This document shows, in pieces, positions 41,112 to 53,750 of a stretch of 64,000 nt of DNA. The notes under the pieces are model-generated. The model saw only the letters and a list, made by a program, of their open reading frames with translations, was not told the DNA's origin and did no database searches. Each line of letters opens with the position of its first letter. The first letter of the stretch is position 1. Source of the DNA: Tubiluchus corallicola (Eukaryota > Animalia > Priapulida); the NCBI GenBank assembly GCA_030141605.1, contig JAQGDQ010000734.1, positions 1-64,000 of the forward strand, given 5' to 3'. A program made the position numbers and the translations under genes.

Positions 41112-41603
41112 TGGCTAAGAACTTTGGAAAGCCAGAGTCAACCACATGTGTAAAAGTTTGTTTGTCTATGGCCTGGAAGGCCAGAGTCAACCACATGTGT
41201 AAAAGTTTGTTTGTCTATGGCCAACTGTGGCTAAGAACTTTGGAAGGCCAGAGTCAGCCACATGTGTAAAAGTTTGTTTGTCTATGGCCAACTGTGGCTA
41301 AGAACTTTGGAAGGCCAGAGTCAGCCATATGTGTAAAAGTTTGTTTGTCTGTGGCCTGGAAGGCCAGAGTCAACCACATGTGTAAAAGTTTGTTTGTCTG
41401 TGGCCTGGAAGGCCAGAGTCAACCACATGTGTAAAAGTTTGTTTGTCTGTGGCCTGGAAGGCCAGAGTCAACCACATGTGTAAAAGTTTGTTTGTCTGTG
41501 GCCAACTGTGGCTAAGAACTTTGGAAGGCCAGAGTCAGCCATATGTGTAAAAGTTTGTTTGTCTGTGGCCAACTGTGGCTAAGAACTTTATAAGGCCAGA
41601 GTC
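41112..41603. repeat. Minisatellite with long and short unit variants
   Basis: ggaaggccagagtcaaccacatgtgtaaaagtttgtttgtct, with or without aactgtggctaagaactt. Confidence 0.92.
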
Positions 41604-41784
41604 ATAGCTGCACAAGATAACATAGCTGCACAAGGTATATATACAGATATACAAATTTAGTTGTAAACTCCGTGAAGCGAAAAAACGATTTACTAAGCGT
41701 TTGTACACATGTGATAAACAAATATTGTACCTATATGATAATCACAGTGATGCGGTTATGTGTCCGCTAACAAAGCTATACTAT

Positions 41785-42030
41785 TTAAATCACAAATCTA
41801 TGCATACAGTCGTAAATGAAATTTCCAATTGACATTAATTCTCCATCAAATAAATTTGCAATATTGCTATAATTTAACGCGTACAGTGATCTATAAAGTG
41901 CATTTTCATGGCACTCGCACAAAAAATGCTCATCTGTCTGAATTTCTCCACAAAGACATAGCCTGCGCTCGCGAGGTACATTTGCCCAACGACCTGTTTC
42001 TACAAGTTGGACATGCGATAGTATCCTGTG
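41785..42030 (-). mobile_element. Non-LTR retrotransposon C-terminal zinc-knuckle fragment
   Basis: ETGRWANVPRERRLCLCGEIQTDEHFLCEC (C-x-C...H...C). Confidence 0.7.
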
Positions 42031-42115
42031 TCTTTGATTCAGCATGTACTTGTTTGCTCATGTTATTGTAACATATTAGAAATAGCTGATCATGTTGTTT
42101 GTTTTTTGTTTTCAG

Positions 42116-42218
42116 ATGCCGAGATAAACGGACGGCGTCCGAGGATACACTACAAGGAGGAGAACGTGTTAGCATTGCGTGGAGGAAATGTTACTCTCAC
42201 CTGCATCTTCTCTGGATA
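42116..42218 (+). CDS. Nrg: Neuroglian-like exon 6 (Ig3 N-half)
   Basis: RPRIHYKEENVLALRGGNVTLTCIFSG; ttcag/gtaagt; phases 1-2. Confidence 0.92.
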
Positions 42219-42289
42219 GTAAGTAGGGCTTCATCTCGAAGCATTTCTTAGGTCACTGTGTAATGTTCCTTTTTTAAAGAAAGAATGTG

Positions 42290-42385
42290 AAATCAAAAAA
42301 CAGTAGAAAAGATTTCTTCTCGGCCAGGACTCGAACCCATGTCCTCGCATTCTTAAGAGACAGGCGTACGATCAACTGAATCGTT
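42290..42385 (-). mobile_element. tRNA-derived SINE head
   Basis: Minus strand tcagttgatcg...gggttcgagtcctggcc with a B box; no intact cloverleaf. Confidence 0.55.
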
Positions 42386-42832
42386 GTGACAAACTTTTCT
42401 GTCCTTGAGCCTTGCATTTGATCTTGCTGCTGCATTCACTACTTTTCTCCAGATGAAAATCACCCAGAAGCAGGTGATTCAGTGGTCGTCGATCCTTTTG
42501 CGAACCAGGCTTATTGTTGCATAACTTCAGCAGCCGAGCATTTACTGTGTTTCTTCCATCTATTCATTTTGCTTTTATTTCCTTATTAAATATATCCACA
42601 ATGATCATTACAGCATTGCACATGTTCTTAAATTCTTTTGTGTGCAATGCTGTAATGATCGTTGTGGATATATTTAATAAATAAATAAAATATCGATGAG
42701 TATTCCTATATAAGTGGCAAACTTGAACAGTTATGTAAACAATCACCGCACGAGAAAGTAAAAGATTCTTAATTATAATGATAAAAACATTTTAAAATTG
42801 TCCGGTCGCTAATGTTAATTTGGTAATTTCAG

Positions 42833-43017
42833 TCCGGCACCTGACGTGGAGTGGAGGCGGACGAGCGGCGAATTGCCCAGCGGTCGGCACACGATACGTC
42901 ATTTTGGACGTCAGTTGAGCTTGATCCACGTCCAGACCGATGACGCAGGGATGTATGAGTGCATCGGTGCAAACGGTCAAGGTTCACAGGCCGAGCGTAT
43001 TGTTCTCAATGTTGAAT
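42833..43017 (+). CDS. Nrg: Neuroglian-like exon 7 (Ig3 C-half)
   Basis: YPAPDVEWRR...FGRQLSL...DDAGMYECIGANGQG; phases 2-1. Confidence 0.93.
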
Positions 43018-43099
43018 GTAAGAAATTTGCAGAAAAACTGTCTGTAAAACATAAACTTAATTTATGCTATCGTTGTATAGTAGTTTTCAGGCGTTTTGG

Positions 43100-43572
43100 C
43101 ATCTGCCTCCACTGACGTAACTGGTGGAGTTTATGACTTTTCTGCCTCCGCTGACGTAACTGGTGGAGTTTATGACTTTTCTGCCTCCGCTGACGTAACT
43201 GGTGGAGTTTACGACTTTTCTGCCTCCGCTGACGTAACTGGTGGAGTTTATGACTTTTCTGCCTCCACTGACGTAACTGGTGGAGTTTATGACTTTTCTG
43301 CCTCCGCTGACGTAACTGGTGGAGTTTATGACTTTTCTGCCTCCGCTGACGTAACTGGTGGAGTTTGTGACTTTTCTGCCTCCGCTGACGTAACTGGTGG
43401 AGTTTGTGACTTTTTTGCCTCCACTGATGTAACTGGTGGAGTTTGTGACTTTTCTGCCTCCACTGACGTAACTGGTGGAGTTTGTGACTTTTCTGCCTCC
43501 ACTGACGTAACTGGTGCAGTTTATGACTTTTCTGCCTCCACTGATGTAACTCTTGGAGTTTATGACTTTTCG
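43100..43572. repeat. 39-bp minisatellite, 12 copies
   Basis: tctgcctccgctgacgtaactggtggagtttatgacttt. Confidence 0.96.
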
Positions 43573-43890
43573 TAATCACATTGTGGCTTTACATAAGCAT
43601 GCACTGCTAAAACTTATTCAAACTTCTGCAGCTTAGCTTAACGTTCATGCAAAAGTATCTTAAAATTATCCAACTAATTTTTTTGTAAGAACTTACTGTA
43701 CTTCTGACGGAAGTTGGCAGTGCACTATTTTCGTCAGCTAACGAGCAACGTGATTGGTGGAAGAATGGGTGTTCAAGCATGAAATGATCACAACGTTAAA
43801 GTGATTTTACCAACCAAATGAGGCGCTCATTACACTTTTATTACTAAATCCTTCTAACATATTTCGGGAACATTGAAATAAGCCTAACTT
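43572..43890 (+). repeat. Diverged copy of a dispersed element also at about 31500-31840 and 36450-36787
   Basis: Shared blocks ctgcagctta...catgcaaaag...attggtggaaga...aaagtgattttac...ctaaatccttctaacat...attgaaataagcctaacttt. Confidence 0.8.
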
Positions 43891-44419
43891 TGCATTTTGC
43901 TTTTTTATGGTTTTCCTATTTTTGAGTATCTGTGTGATAGTTATCAGATTCAAAGGCTTGGTGACATTATTACCTGGTGATGTGCAATACAGTGAAGGCA
44001 GCAGTTGTTCTGTACTTCGTTTTACTGATCTTACTGCCCTGTTTTAAATGTTCGTTTATCTAATTAGGCCATTATTCATGCGCAAAGTGCCGTTGAGCCA
44101 TTCGTCCATTATGTGCATTGTCCAATGTAGAAATATTCGTTTGTGTTATACTTTCCATTTTCTGTTTCTTTCTTTGGACATTTTTGTGTAGGGTGATTTA
44201 CAATCTTTTCATTATTCTATGTTTTATTGGTTAAAATTATAGTTCACACTTTGAGTTACATGCATCTAGCTTCATGTACGAGTGTGAATTTCTTTGGCTG
44301 ATAAGTCATATCGTATTTTATGGTTGGCATGTTTGTCCAGCTGACGAAAGACGCATGTTCAAACCCTAGCTTGAACTTACTTTTTCCTTATTTCATTCAC
44401 TGATTTGTTTCTCTTTTAG

Positions 44420-44557
44420 CTGCACCGTATTGGGTTGATGAGCCAGAGAACACCGTGGCTTCCGTCGGAGAGAGCCTAAGCATCAAGTGCGAGGCTTCCG
44501 GAAATCCGGAACCTTCTTATGAGTTTTTCAAGGATGGGAGACCCCTCAATGACAAAG
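44420..44557 (+). CDS. Nrg: Neuroglian-like exon 8 (Ig4 N-half)
   Basis: SAPYWVDEPENTVASVGESLSIKCEASGNPEPSYEFFKDGRPL; phases 1-1; absent from the ORF track, read manually. Confidence 0.92.
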
Positions 44558-45399
44558 GTTTGCATACATGTAGCTGTTGTAAAGTAGTGACCATTCTGTC
44601 CATTCGTAAGGTTTTATATAATGACCATTCGTAAGATTTGTATATAAGTATCATGACTTTTTTAGGCCAAAGGGGTTTTGAAAATTTCCACCTTGTCAAC
44701 AATTTATTTAACTCTTTAGTTCACTTCTGTGGTAAAAGTCTGATCTTTTTTCGTTTCTTAATTGACTGACTTTGGAGAATTTTCTGGAGTCTTCACTTTG
44801 CTTGCCCAACCCTGTTTTTTCCATGTTTTTGAAATGAGTCTGCATTTATGCAGCTCAATTGTAAAAGTTGAATGATTGAACCACGGAACAAAATTGCTGC
44901 AGATCTTGTAGTTATTCTTGTCACATGCCGATACTGTCAATTGTGGCATAGGCAAACGTATAATTGAATCATTTGTCAAGGTGTTTTTTTTGGTATGATG
45001 TGTAACGACGCCTTTTTTATGCACTTGCTCCCCTAATTTCAGAATCCGGCGACACCCTTGATGGTGTGTAAATGTTTAAAGTTTGTTTCGTGAAAAGCAA
45101 AATGTATTGGAAGACGATTTTTTGTCAAAAAACTTCTTACTTGCGACATAAAAACTTCTGTAGAGCTGAACTTTGGCAAGCCTGTTGTTGGGCTTAAAAT
45201 TACGAAGATAGCTTATTCTAGGATAAAACTAAGGCGTAGCAAAAGTACTTGTTTGACCTTGAGAAGGTCAGGTCTTTTTTTGAAATAACTTTGATTCTCA
45301 TGGGCGATGTGGTTAGTGTTAATATTGATGTGTATTAGAAGCACGTAACTATAGAATTTTGAATATTTAGTTGACTGCATCGCATTAATCGTATTGCAG

Positions 45400-45558
45400 C
45401 TGCCGGCGACTTCGACTCACGGATCATCATCCAGGGTCCGAAACGCAACGAACTCATCATCGCTGACCTGAAGAGAGATCTGGACACGGCCGTCTTTCAG
45501 TGCAAGGCCACGAACAAACACGGTTACATTTGGACGAACTTCTACGTCAATGTTCTTG
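45400..45558 (+). CDS. Nrg: Neuroglian-like exon 9 (Ig4 C-half)
   Basis: ...DTAVFQCKATNKHGYIWTNFYVNVL, L1 Ig4 signature; ttgcag/gtaagt; phases 1-1. Confidence 0.93.
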
Positions 45559-46469
45559 GTAAGTTCTTCTAGTGTCGTTACTTTTCTGAGTTATTTTCTT
45601 CAGTTTTTCTTAACCCTTTCACTATGTAGTTGCTTTTTAACTGGGCCACTTTGACTTTTGCTCGATCTACAAGTGATTTTGCGTATGAACATGAACCATA
45701 CAGTGCACCATTGTGGAATGCGCCTGGCTTCAGATTCTGATTTCCTGCTTAGCCTTACTAGTTGCGAAGCAACCCCAACCCCCCCGGCCTTTTAAACTTT
45801 TCTACAATGTTTGCATGGGCGTAACATTGAAGTAAACAGACCTGGGTGACTGCGCTTAGTGCTGAGCTTGAGCAGTAATCTACCGCCTTCCGTACGGCAT
45901 TGTGCCGCCTTCTGTAGTGAAGTGGCTAAGCCTATGTAAGCTCTGTGTTGCACACCTACATTGTCAGCAGATTAATCAGATTATGTAATCAGATTGCATT
46001 AATAATACTGCCATATTTTTTCTGCTATTTAGCAGCTCTTTAATTTATCAATTTTATGAAGAAGAAAAACGATATACAATTCAAAATACATGATAATATT
46101 ATGCAATATGTATTCTTTCACAGTACAATGGGTTTTAATAAGTAGTTTTATAATAAGTAACTCTGCATGTTATAAAACACTGAAGCATATGTGATACCAA
46201 AAATAATTCTTTGCGAACAAAGGTTTTGAAGCTCATTTCACGAAAGTTTAGCTCACACTTTTTTCCTCATCACAGTATGCTGCTTAGCTTGTGATGCCAT
46301 CTTATTACATGTTATTGTCTTGTTACTAAAGTTACTTAAGAAACACAGTCCATTTATTATCACAAGTAGGCCAGCAAATTAGCCAAGCATCATTATTATA
46401 ATTAAAGTTTTACTTTGTTTTTACCCTGGCACATTTACCTGAGATGCTCAAGTGCCTCACCTGTAGAGG

Positions 46470-48900
46470 TGAGCTGAGTGTGAAACCATGGTTTTGTTTG
46501 TCATTATTACCTGAGATGCTCGATTGCCACACCTGTAGAGGTTGGCTGAGTGTGAAACCGTGGTTTCGTTTCTGTACGTGAATGTGCTGTAGACGTTAGC
46601 TGAGTGTGAAATCGTGGTTTTGTTTCTCTACATGAATGTGCTGTAGACGTTAGCTGAGTGTGAAACCGTGGTTTTGTTTCTGTATGTGAATGTGCTGTAG
46701 AAGTTAGCTGAGTGTGAAACCGTGGTTTTGTTTCTGTATGTGAATGTGCTGTAGACGTTAGCTGAGTGTGAAACCGTGGTTTTGTTTCTGTATGTTAATG
46801 TGCTGTAGACGTTAGCTGAGTGTGAAACCGTGGTTTTGTTTCTGTATGTGAATGTGCTGTAGGTGTTAGCTGAGTGTGAAACCGTGGTTTTGTTTCTGTA
46901 TGTGAATGTGCTGTAGACGTTAGCTGAGTGTGAAACCGTGGTTTTGTTTCTGTATGTTAATGTGCTGTAGACGTTAGCTGAGTGTGAAACCGTGGTTTTG
47001 TTTCTGTATGTTAATGTGCTGTAGATGTTAGCTGAGTGTGAAACCGTGGTTTTGTTTCTGTATGTGAATGTGCTGTAGACGTTAGCTGAGTGTGAACCCG
47101 TGGTTTTGTTTCTGTATGTTAATGTGCTGTAGACGTTAGCTGAGTGTGAAACCGTGGTTTTGTTTCTGTATGTGAATGTGCTGTAGGTGTTAGCTGAGTG
47201 TGAAACCGTGGTTTTGTTTCTGTATGTGAATGTGCTGTAGACGTTAGCTGAGTGTGAAACCGTGGTTTTGTTTCTGTACGTGAATGTGCCGTAGACGTTA
47301 GCTGAGTGTGAAACCGTGGTTTTGTTTCTGTATGTTAATGTGCCGTAGACGTTAGCTGAGTGTGAAACCGTGGTTTTGTTTCTGTACGTGAATGTGCCGT
47401 AGACGTTAGCTGAGTGTGAAACCGTGGTTTTGTCTCTGTACATGAATGTGCCGTAGATGTTAGCTGAGTGTGAAACCGTGGTTTTGGTTCTGTATGTTAA
47501 TGTGCTGTAGACGTTAGCTGAGTGTGAAACCGTGATTTTGTTTCTGTACGTGAATGTGCCGTAGACGTTAGCTGAGTGTGAAACCGTGGTTTTGTTTCTG
47601 TATGTGAATGTGCTGTAGGTGTTAGCTGAGTGTGAAACCGTGGTTTTGTTTCTGTATGTTAATGTGCCGTAGACGTTAGCTGAGTGTGAAACCGTGGTTT
47701 TGTTTCTGTACGTGAATGTGCTGTAGAAGTTAGCTGAGTGTGAAACCGTGGTTTTGTTTCTGTACGTGAATGTGCTGTAGACGTTAGCTGAGTGTGAAAC
47801 CGTGGTTTTGTTTCTGTATGTTAATGTGCTGTAGACGTTAGCTGAGTGTGAAACCATGGTTTTGTTTCTGTATGTGAATGTGCTGTAGACGTTAGCTGAG
47901 TGTGAAACCGTGGTTTTGTTTCTGTATGTGAATGTGCTGTAGACGTTATCTGAGTGTGAACTTGTGGTTTTGTTTCTGTATGTGAATGTGCTGTAGAAGT
48001 TAGCTGAGTGTGAAACCGTGGTTTTGTTTCTGTATGTGAATGTGCTGTAGACGTTAGCTGAGTGTGAAACCGTGGTTTTGTTTCTGTATGTGAATGTGCT
48101 GTAGACGTTAGCTGAGTGTGAAACCGTGGTTTTGTTTCTGTATGTTAATGTGCTGTAGACGTTAGCTGAGTGTGAAACCGTGGTTTTGTTTCTGTATGTG
48201 AATGTGCTGTAGGTGTTAGCTGAGTGTGAAACCGTGGTTTTGTTTCTGTATGTGAATGTGCTGTAGATGTTAGCTGAGTGTGAAACCGTGGTTTTGTTTC
48301 TGTATGTGAATGTGCTGTAGGTGTTAGCTGAGTGTGAAACCGTGGTTTTGTTTCTGTATGTGAATGTGCTGTAGGTGTTATCTGAGTGTGAAACCGTGGT
48401 TTTGTTTCTGTATGTGAATGTGCTGTAGGTGTTATCTGAGTGTGAAACCGTGGTTTTGTTTCTGTATGTTAATGTGCTGTAGACGTTAGCTGAGTGTGAA
48501 ACCGTGGTTTTGTTTCTGTATGTGAATGTGCTGTAGATGTTAGCTGAGTGTGAAACCGTGGTTTTGTTTCTGTATGTGAATGTGCTGTAGGTGTTAGCTG
48601 AGTGTGAAACCGTGGTTTTGTTTCTGTATGTGAATGTGCTGTAGGTGTTATCTGAGTGTGAAACCGTGGTTTTGTTTCTGTATGTTAATGTGCTGTAGAC
48701 GTTAGCTGAGTGTGAAACCGTGGTTTTGTTTCTGTATGTGAATGTGCTGTAGACGTTAGCTGAGTGTGAAACCATGGTTTTGTTTCTGTATGTTAATGTG
48801 CTGTAGACGTTAGCTGAGTGTGAAACCGTGGTTTTGTTTCTGTATGTGAATGTGCTGTAGACGTTATCTGAGTGTGAACCCAGAGTTTTGTTTGTCATTA
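46470..48900. repeat. 54-bp minisatellite, about 44 copies
   Basis: gttagctgagtgtgaaaccgtggttttgtttctgtatgtgaatgtgctgtagac. Confidence 0.97.
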
Positions 48901-48959
48901 TTTTAGTTTGCCAGCCATTTTATCAATCTATTTTGTTAAGAATTTATTCTTGTTTTTAG

Positions 48960-49120
48960 CCATTCCACCTAAATGGATGAAGAAACCAGAAAAAGTTTAT
49001 GAACTGATAAACAATAACAATGGAGAGTTACACTGTGAAACGTTTGGCATGCCAAAATCTAAAGTTGTCTGGTTTAAGGACAAGAAGAAACTGAACGATG
49101 AAAGTGATGACCGCCTGGAG
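48960..49120 (+). CDS. Nrg: Neuroglian-like exon 10 (Ig5 N-half)
   Basis: AIPPKWM...LHCETFGMPKSKVVWFKD; phases 1-0. Confidence 0.92.
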
Positions 49121-49527
49121 GTAAGAAATTTTCTAGATAGAGTTTGTGAATTCAGGGATAATTTAGAAATTGTTTCTTCCTAAATTTTTGTTTGTTTAAT
49201 ACATGAAAGATCGGTTTTCTTTGTCTGTCTGTCTGTCTGTTTGCATCAGTTTGTTCCAAAGTTTTGTTTGATATTTGCAACTAGGGAAGAAGCTATTGAC
49301 ATCACAACATCTACTTGACTACAAAAGTTGAGCAGTACTAGGCTTGTTCAGTAAATAGACTGGGTAAACCCTTAGAATATCATAGTGTCTTTGGATATTT
49401 ACTTAATGGGGAGAACTGTACTTTGATAATAATAAAACTCCAATGCTGTACATGCATACATATGTCGCTGCTTCCTTCCGCTTCTTCGCGTTTGATAATT
49501 TGTCAACTTGTTTGACTTTTTCTACAG

Positions 49528-49648
49528 ATTATGGAAAACGGGAACCTGCAAATCAATGGAGTCAAATTCTCGGATAGGGGTAATTACCTCTGTAACGCCT
49601 CTAACACCTTCGGCTCTGAAAATTCATCGACCAAAGTTATTGTGAGAA
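49528..49648 (+). CDS. Nrg: Neuroglian-like exon 11 (Ig5 C-half)
   Basis: IMENGNLQINGVKFSDRGNYLCNASNTFGS; phases 0-1. Confidence 0.92.
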
Positions 49649-49832
49649 GTAAGTTGTCTTTTATTCATTAATTTTTTTTGTTTATTTTTGTCTATTTGTT
49701 CAAATAAGGACAAGATAAAGAATTTTATTTGATTTATTCATCAGTGCACTTCCTTACTCATTTAGTTATCTGTTTTTTTGTTCACCTCACCCATCTATTA
49801 ATTGACTCAAATATGTATTTATTTGTCTTTTC

Positions 49833-50112
49833 TTTCATTCATTCATGCATTTATTCATTCATTAATTCATTCATTCTTTCATTCATTCATTTATTTATCC
49901 ATGCATTCATTCTTTTATTCATTCATCCATTCATTCATTTATTCATTCATTCATTTATTCATTTATTTATCCATGCATTCATTCTTTTATTCATTCATCC
50001 GTTCATTCATTTATTCATTCATTCATTCATTTATTTATCCATGCATTCATTCTTTTATTCATTCATCCGTTCATTCATTTATTCATTCGTTCGTTCGTTC
50101 ATTTATTCATGC
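49833..50112. repeat. (ATTC)n-derived microsatellite (others at about 31260-31398 and 36210-36345)
   Basis: Direct reading. Confidence 0.92.
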
Positions 50113-50437
50113 ATTTTTCTTTTTCGTAATTCATATCATCATTTATATGTCAGTTTACTTACTATTTTACCTTTTTTGTTTTAATTTCATTTTCGTCATT
50201 TACTGATTAATTAGTCATACAGTTTCTCATCTTGTTTCTTTCTTTTTTAAACTAGTAAATATTTGTAACTCACGCGGTGTTATATTTAGCATTACGTAAA
50301 TTAATACTAAGTATGGCAGAATGTTTATCGAAACAAAATTTGTACCTATGACCCAAACTTTGAGCAATTTGCAATATGGATGAATAACAGTAATCTTGTA
50401 GTTGACTATCATTGTACATTGTAATACTCGTTTGCAG

Positions 50438-50545
50438 AGAAGACCGTATTTGAAGACGTTCCATACAAGCAACAGGCAGAGAAGGGAGAGAATGTAGAAT
50501 TCAAATGCAGCGCTAAGGGAGATCAGGCATCACGGATTATTGTTT
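50438..50545 (+). CDS. Nrg: Neuroglian-like exon 12 (Ig6 N-half)
   Basis: KKTVFEDVPYKQQAEKGENVEFKCSAKGD; tttgcag/gtaagt; phases 1-1. Confidence 0.88.
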
Positions 50546-50605
50546 GTAAGTTTTGCTTTCAGTCACTTGATGCTAAGCATGAGTACGTTTTAATGGTGGT
50601 AAGTA

Positions 50606-50953
50606 GGTAATTTGACCGGATAGTCCTTTTTGTTTGACCATTTGATTTTGGTAATTTGACAGGATAGTATTTTTGGTTTGACCATTTGATTTTGGTAATT
50701 TGACCGGATAGTCCTTTTTATTTGACCATTTGATTTTAGTAATTTGACCGGATAGTCCTTTTTGTTTGACCATTTGATTTTGGTAATTTGACTGGAGTCC
50801 TTTTTATTTGACCATTTGATTTTGGTAATCTGACCGGATAGTCCTGTTTGTTTGACCATTTGATTTTGGTAATTTGACCGCATAGTCCTATTCATTTGAC
50901 CATTTGATTTTGGTAATTTGACCGGATAGTCCTTTTTATTTGACCATTTGATT
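50606..50953. repeat. 44-bp minisatellite, about 8 copies
   Basis: gtaatttgaccggatagtcctttttgtttgaccatttgattttg. Confidence 0.93.
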
Positions 50954-51315
50954 AACTAACTTGTAGAAAATGAAAGAGGTGCTTCTTTTCATATTATAGT
51001 CATTTTTTCCGGATGACTGACTAGGTCAATGAAGCTGGTGTTTGGTTTCAGAATTTTCATAAGTTAGTACTGAACTCATCAAGTTTAGTATTTGAATTTC
51101 CCATCCATGTGAAAGCTACATCAAATTTTGACATTAAAACTTTTGTACCTTTCAAAAAGAATAACTTGAAAATTAGCATGTTCTCAAATCTTTTTCAGAA
51201 TTGATGTCAAATTTTTTTACTAAAATTTATTCAATTCTGAAACTAAATAAAGTGTTAAACTACTTACAATGTTGCACAGAAGATAATAAGTCTTGGCTTT
51301 TCATTCTCATTTCAG

Positions 51316-51537
51316 CCTGGCAGAAAGATGGAAAGCCTGTCAGTTTCATTGGTCGCATAAAGCATAAATCGTCCGATCCGCCGGACCCATCCCTCTCCAA
51401 GTTAATGATAGCCGATGTCCAGTACGAGGATCGTGGGGAGTATACGTGTACGGTGACGACTTACAGCGATGGTAGCGTGCAGAGCATGGACACCGTCCTT
51501 GATGTAGCCAACGCTACGGCTAAACTGAGCGTGCTCG
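51316..51537 (+). CDS. Nrg: Neuroglian-like exon 13 (Ig6 C-half)
   Basis: SWQKDG...LMIADVQYEDRGEYTC...ATAKLSVL; phases 1-1. Confidence 0.92.
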
Positions 51538-52423
51538 GTATGTGTAAAAGTAACATTATCATAGACATTAATATATGTTGTTCTTATCAGTGTCTTCATT
51601 TGAGAAAATTTTATTTCTGGGTTGTGACAGAAGATTTATGGCAGGCAACTATTAATGATCATTGTCGGAGCAAGAAAACTATTTGTATTTGTTTATACAA
51701 GGCTGGTGAAAGGGCAAGGTGACCTAGACAATTGCCTAGGACCTCGCATTTTAAGGGACCTCGCGCTTTGACCCTCAAACTTTTTGTGTCTCCTACGTAT
51801 TTACAGAGTGTATTCGACTCGAATTTCCGAATCCTGAATGCCTGAAAAATGTTTTTTTAATTTTAGCCACGAAATACATTTGAATTGCTCTAAGGGCCAT
51901 CGAATTTTACTTTATCCCTGGACCCATTGGGAACTTAGCCACCAAACCCCCTCGCCCGGGGGCTTCGGGTTTCCTCTCACTGACCCATAACAGTTCGTAG
52001 ATAGATATGAATGTTTAAGATTTTTGAATTCTGTTTTGAAAAGTACTAAAATTGTGTTTTATGCTATGTATACGTGAAAATGTCCTGCACAATCAATTCA
52101 TTGCATCCAGTAAACTAGGTTTCATTTTACCATAAAATGCAGCATTTTAATTCAATTTAATGTTGATAGAATGAACAATTAAATTTGCATTATGTCATCA
52201 TTTCTTGTACGTACTTTCTTATATTCGTTATCCAGGTTTTCTGATTGTCCCTTCATTGGTTTGGGGCGGGAGGGGGGGGAGAAGAATGTTGTTGTGGGTA
52301 ACTTGGCACAGTTGTAATTGTTGTCGCTGTTGCCATCGCTGCTGCTGATGCTGCTTGTTACTGTACAGCCATGTTAGGGTTTCGTCAATATGCTGTAACT
52401 TTTGTTTCATTCACCTATCACAG

Positions 52424-52600
52424 GACCACCCGACCCGCCCACCGATGTTGAACTGAAGGAGTGTTTAGACCACACGGCTGATATCACCTGGGAGCCGGGC
52501 AGCGATAACGACTCGCCTATCAAAAATTTCATGATTCAACACAACACGGCCTGGGAACCGGACAACTGGATTGACGTCACTACCAAAGTACCGAGTGACG
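52424..52600 (+). CDS. Nrg: Neuroglian-like exon 14 (FnIII-1 N-half)
   Basis: GPPDPPTDV...ITWEPGSDNDSPIKNFMIQHNTAWEPDNW; phases 1-1. Confidence 0.94.
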
Positions 52601-52856
52601 GTACGTTGAACTTTTTCTGTTTATATGCTTAATTATTGCCCATCTAATCTTTAGCTTTCTTGTTGGCTTGATAGTCTTAAAGGAAAGGAGAAGCCGTTTA
52701 TCTTGTTGGGTTTATTTTGCACTTGTCACTTAAACTTAGAAAAATATAACAAACAAATTTGGAAAAAAACTGTCTATAAAGCATGAAGTTAATTTATACT
52801 GCGGCTATATGGAAATGTTGAGGTGCAGTGATAGTTGATGTTCACTTGAAAATTAT

Positions 52857-53750
52857 GCTGTAACTGATGAATTTCGTGAGTTTTTGTAAGCACATCGTGG
52901 CTTTCTGTAAGCTGCGCGCTGCTGTAACTGATGGATTTCGAGAGTTTTTGTAAGCACATCGTGGCTTACTATAAGCTGCGCGCTGCTGTAACTGATGGAT
53001 TTCGTGAGTTTTTGTAAGCACATCGTGACTTTCTGTAAGCTGCGCGCTGCTGTAACTGATGAATTTCACGATTTTTTGTAAGCACATTGTGGCTTTCCGT
53101 AAGCTGCGTATGGCTGTAATTGATGGATTTTGTGATTTTTTGTAAGCACATCGTGGCTTACTATAAGCTGCGCGCTGCTGTAACTGATGGATTTCGTGAG
53201 TTTTTGTAAGCACATCGTGACTTTCTGTAAGCTGCGCGCTGCTGTAACTGATGAATTTCACGATTTTTTGTAAGCACATTGTGGCTTTCCGTAAGCTGCG
53301 TATGGCTGTAATTGATGGATTTTGTGATTTTTTGTAAGCACATCGTGGCTTACTATAAGCTGCGCGCTGCTGTAACTGATGGATTTCGTGAGTTTTTGTA
53401 AGCACATCGTGACTTTCTGTAAGCTGCGCGCTGCTGTAACTGATGAATTTCACGATTTTTTGTAAGCACATTGTGGCTTTCCTTAAGCTGCGTATGGCTG
53501 TAATTGATGGATTTTGTGATTTTTTGTAAGCACATCGTGGCTTACTATAAGCTGCGCGCTGCTGTAACTGATGGATTTCGTGAGTTTTTGTAAGCACATC
53601 GTGACTTTCTGTAAGCTGCGCGCTGCTGTAACTGATGAATTTCACGATTTTTTGTAAGCACATTGTGGCTTTCCTTAAGCTGCGTATGGCTGTAATTGAT
53701 GGATTTTGTGATTTTTTGTAAGCACATCGTGGCTGTCTGTAAGCTGTGTG
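52857..53750. repeat. 64-bp satellite with a 192-bp higher-order trimer
   Basis: Near-identical ORFs recur every 192 bp; three monomer variants alternate. Confidence 0.95.

Noticed and set aside
42290-42385. tRNA gene
   Set aside because: B box present but no complete cloverleaf; better explained as a SINE head
43067-43579. 159-aa and 170-aa repeat ORFs
   Set aside because: 39-bp minisatellite artefact
46628-48898. 756-aa minus-strand ORF
   Set aside because: Translation of a 54-bp minisatellite; a unit divisible by 3 without a stop gives a long ORF by chance; no unique domain
52842-53727. Repeated 60-aa and 273-aa ORFs
   Set aside because: 64/192-bp satellite artefact
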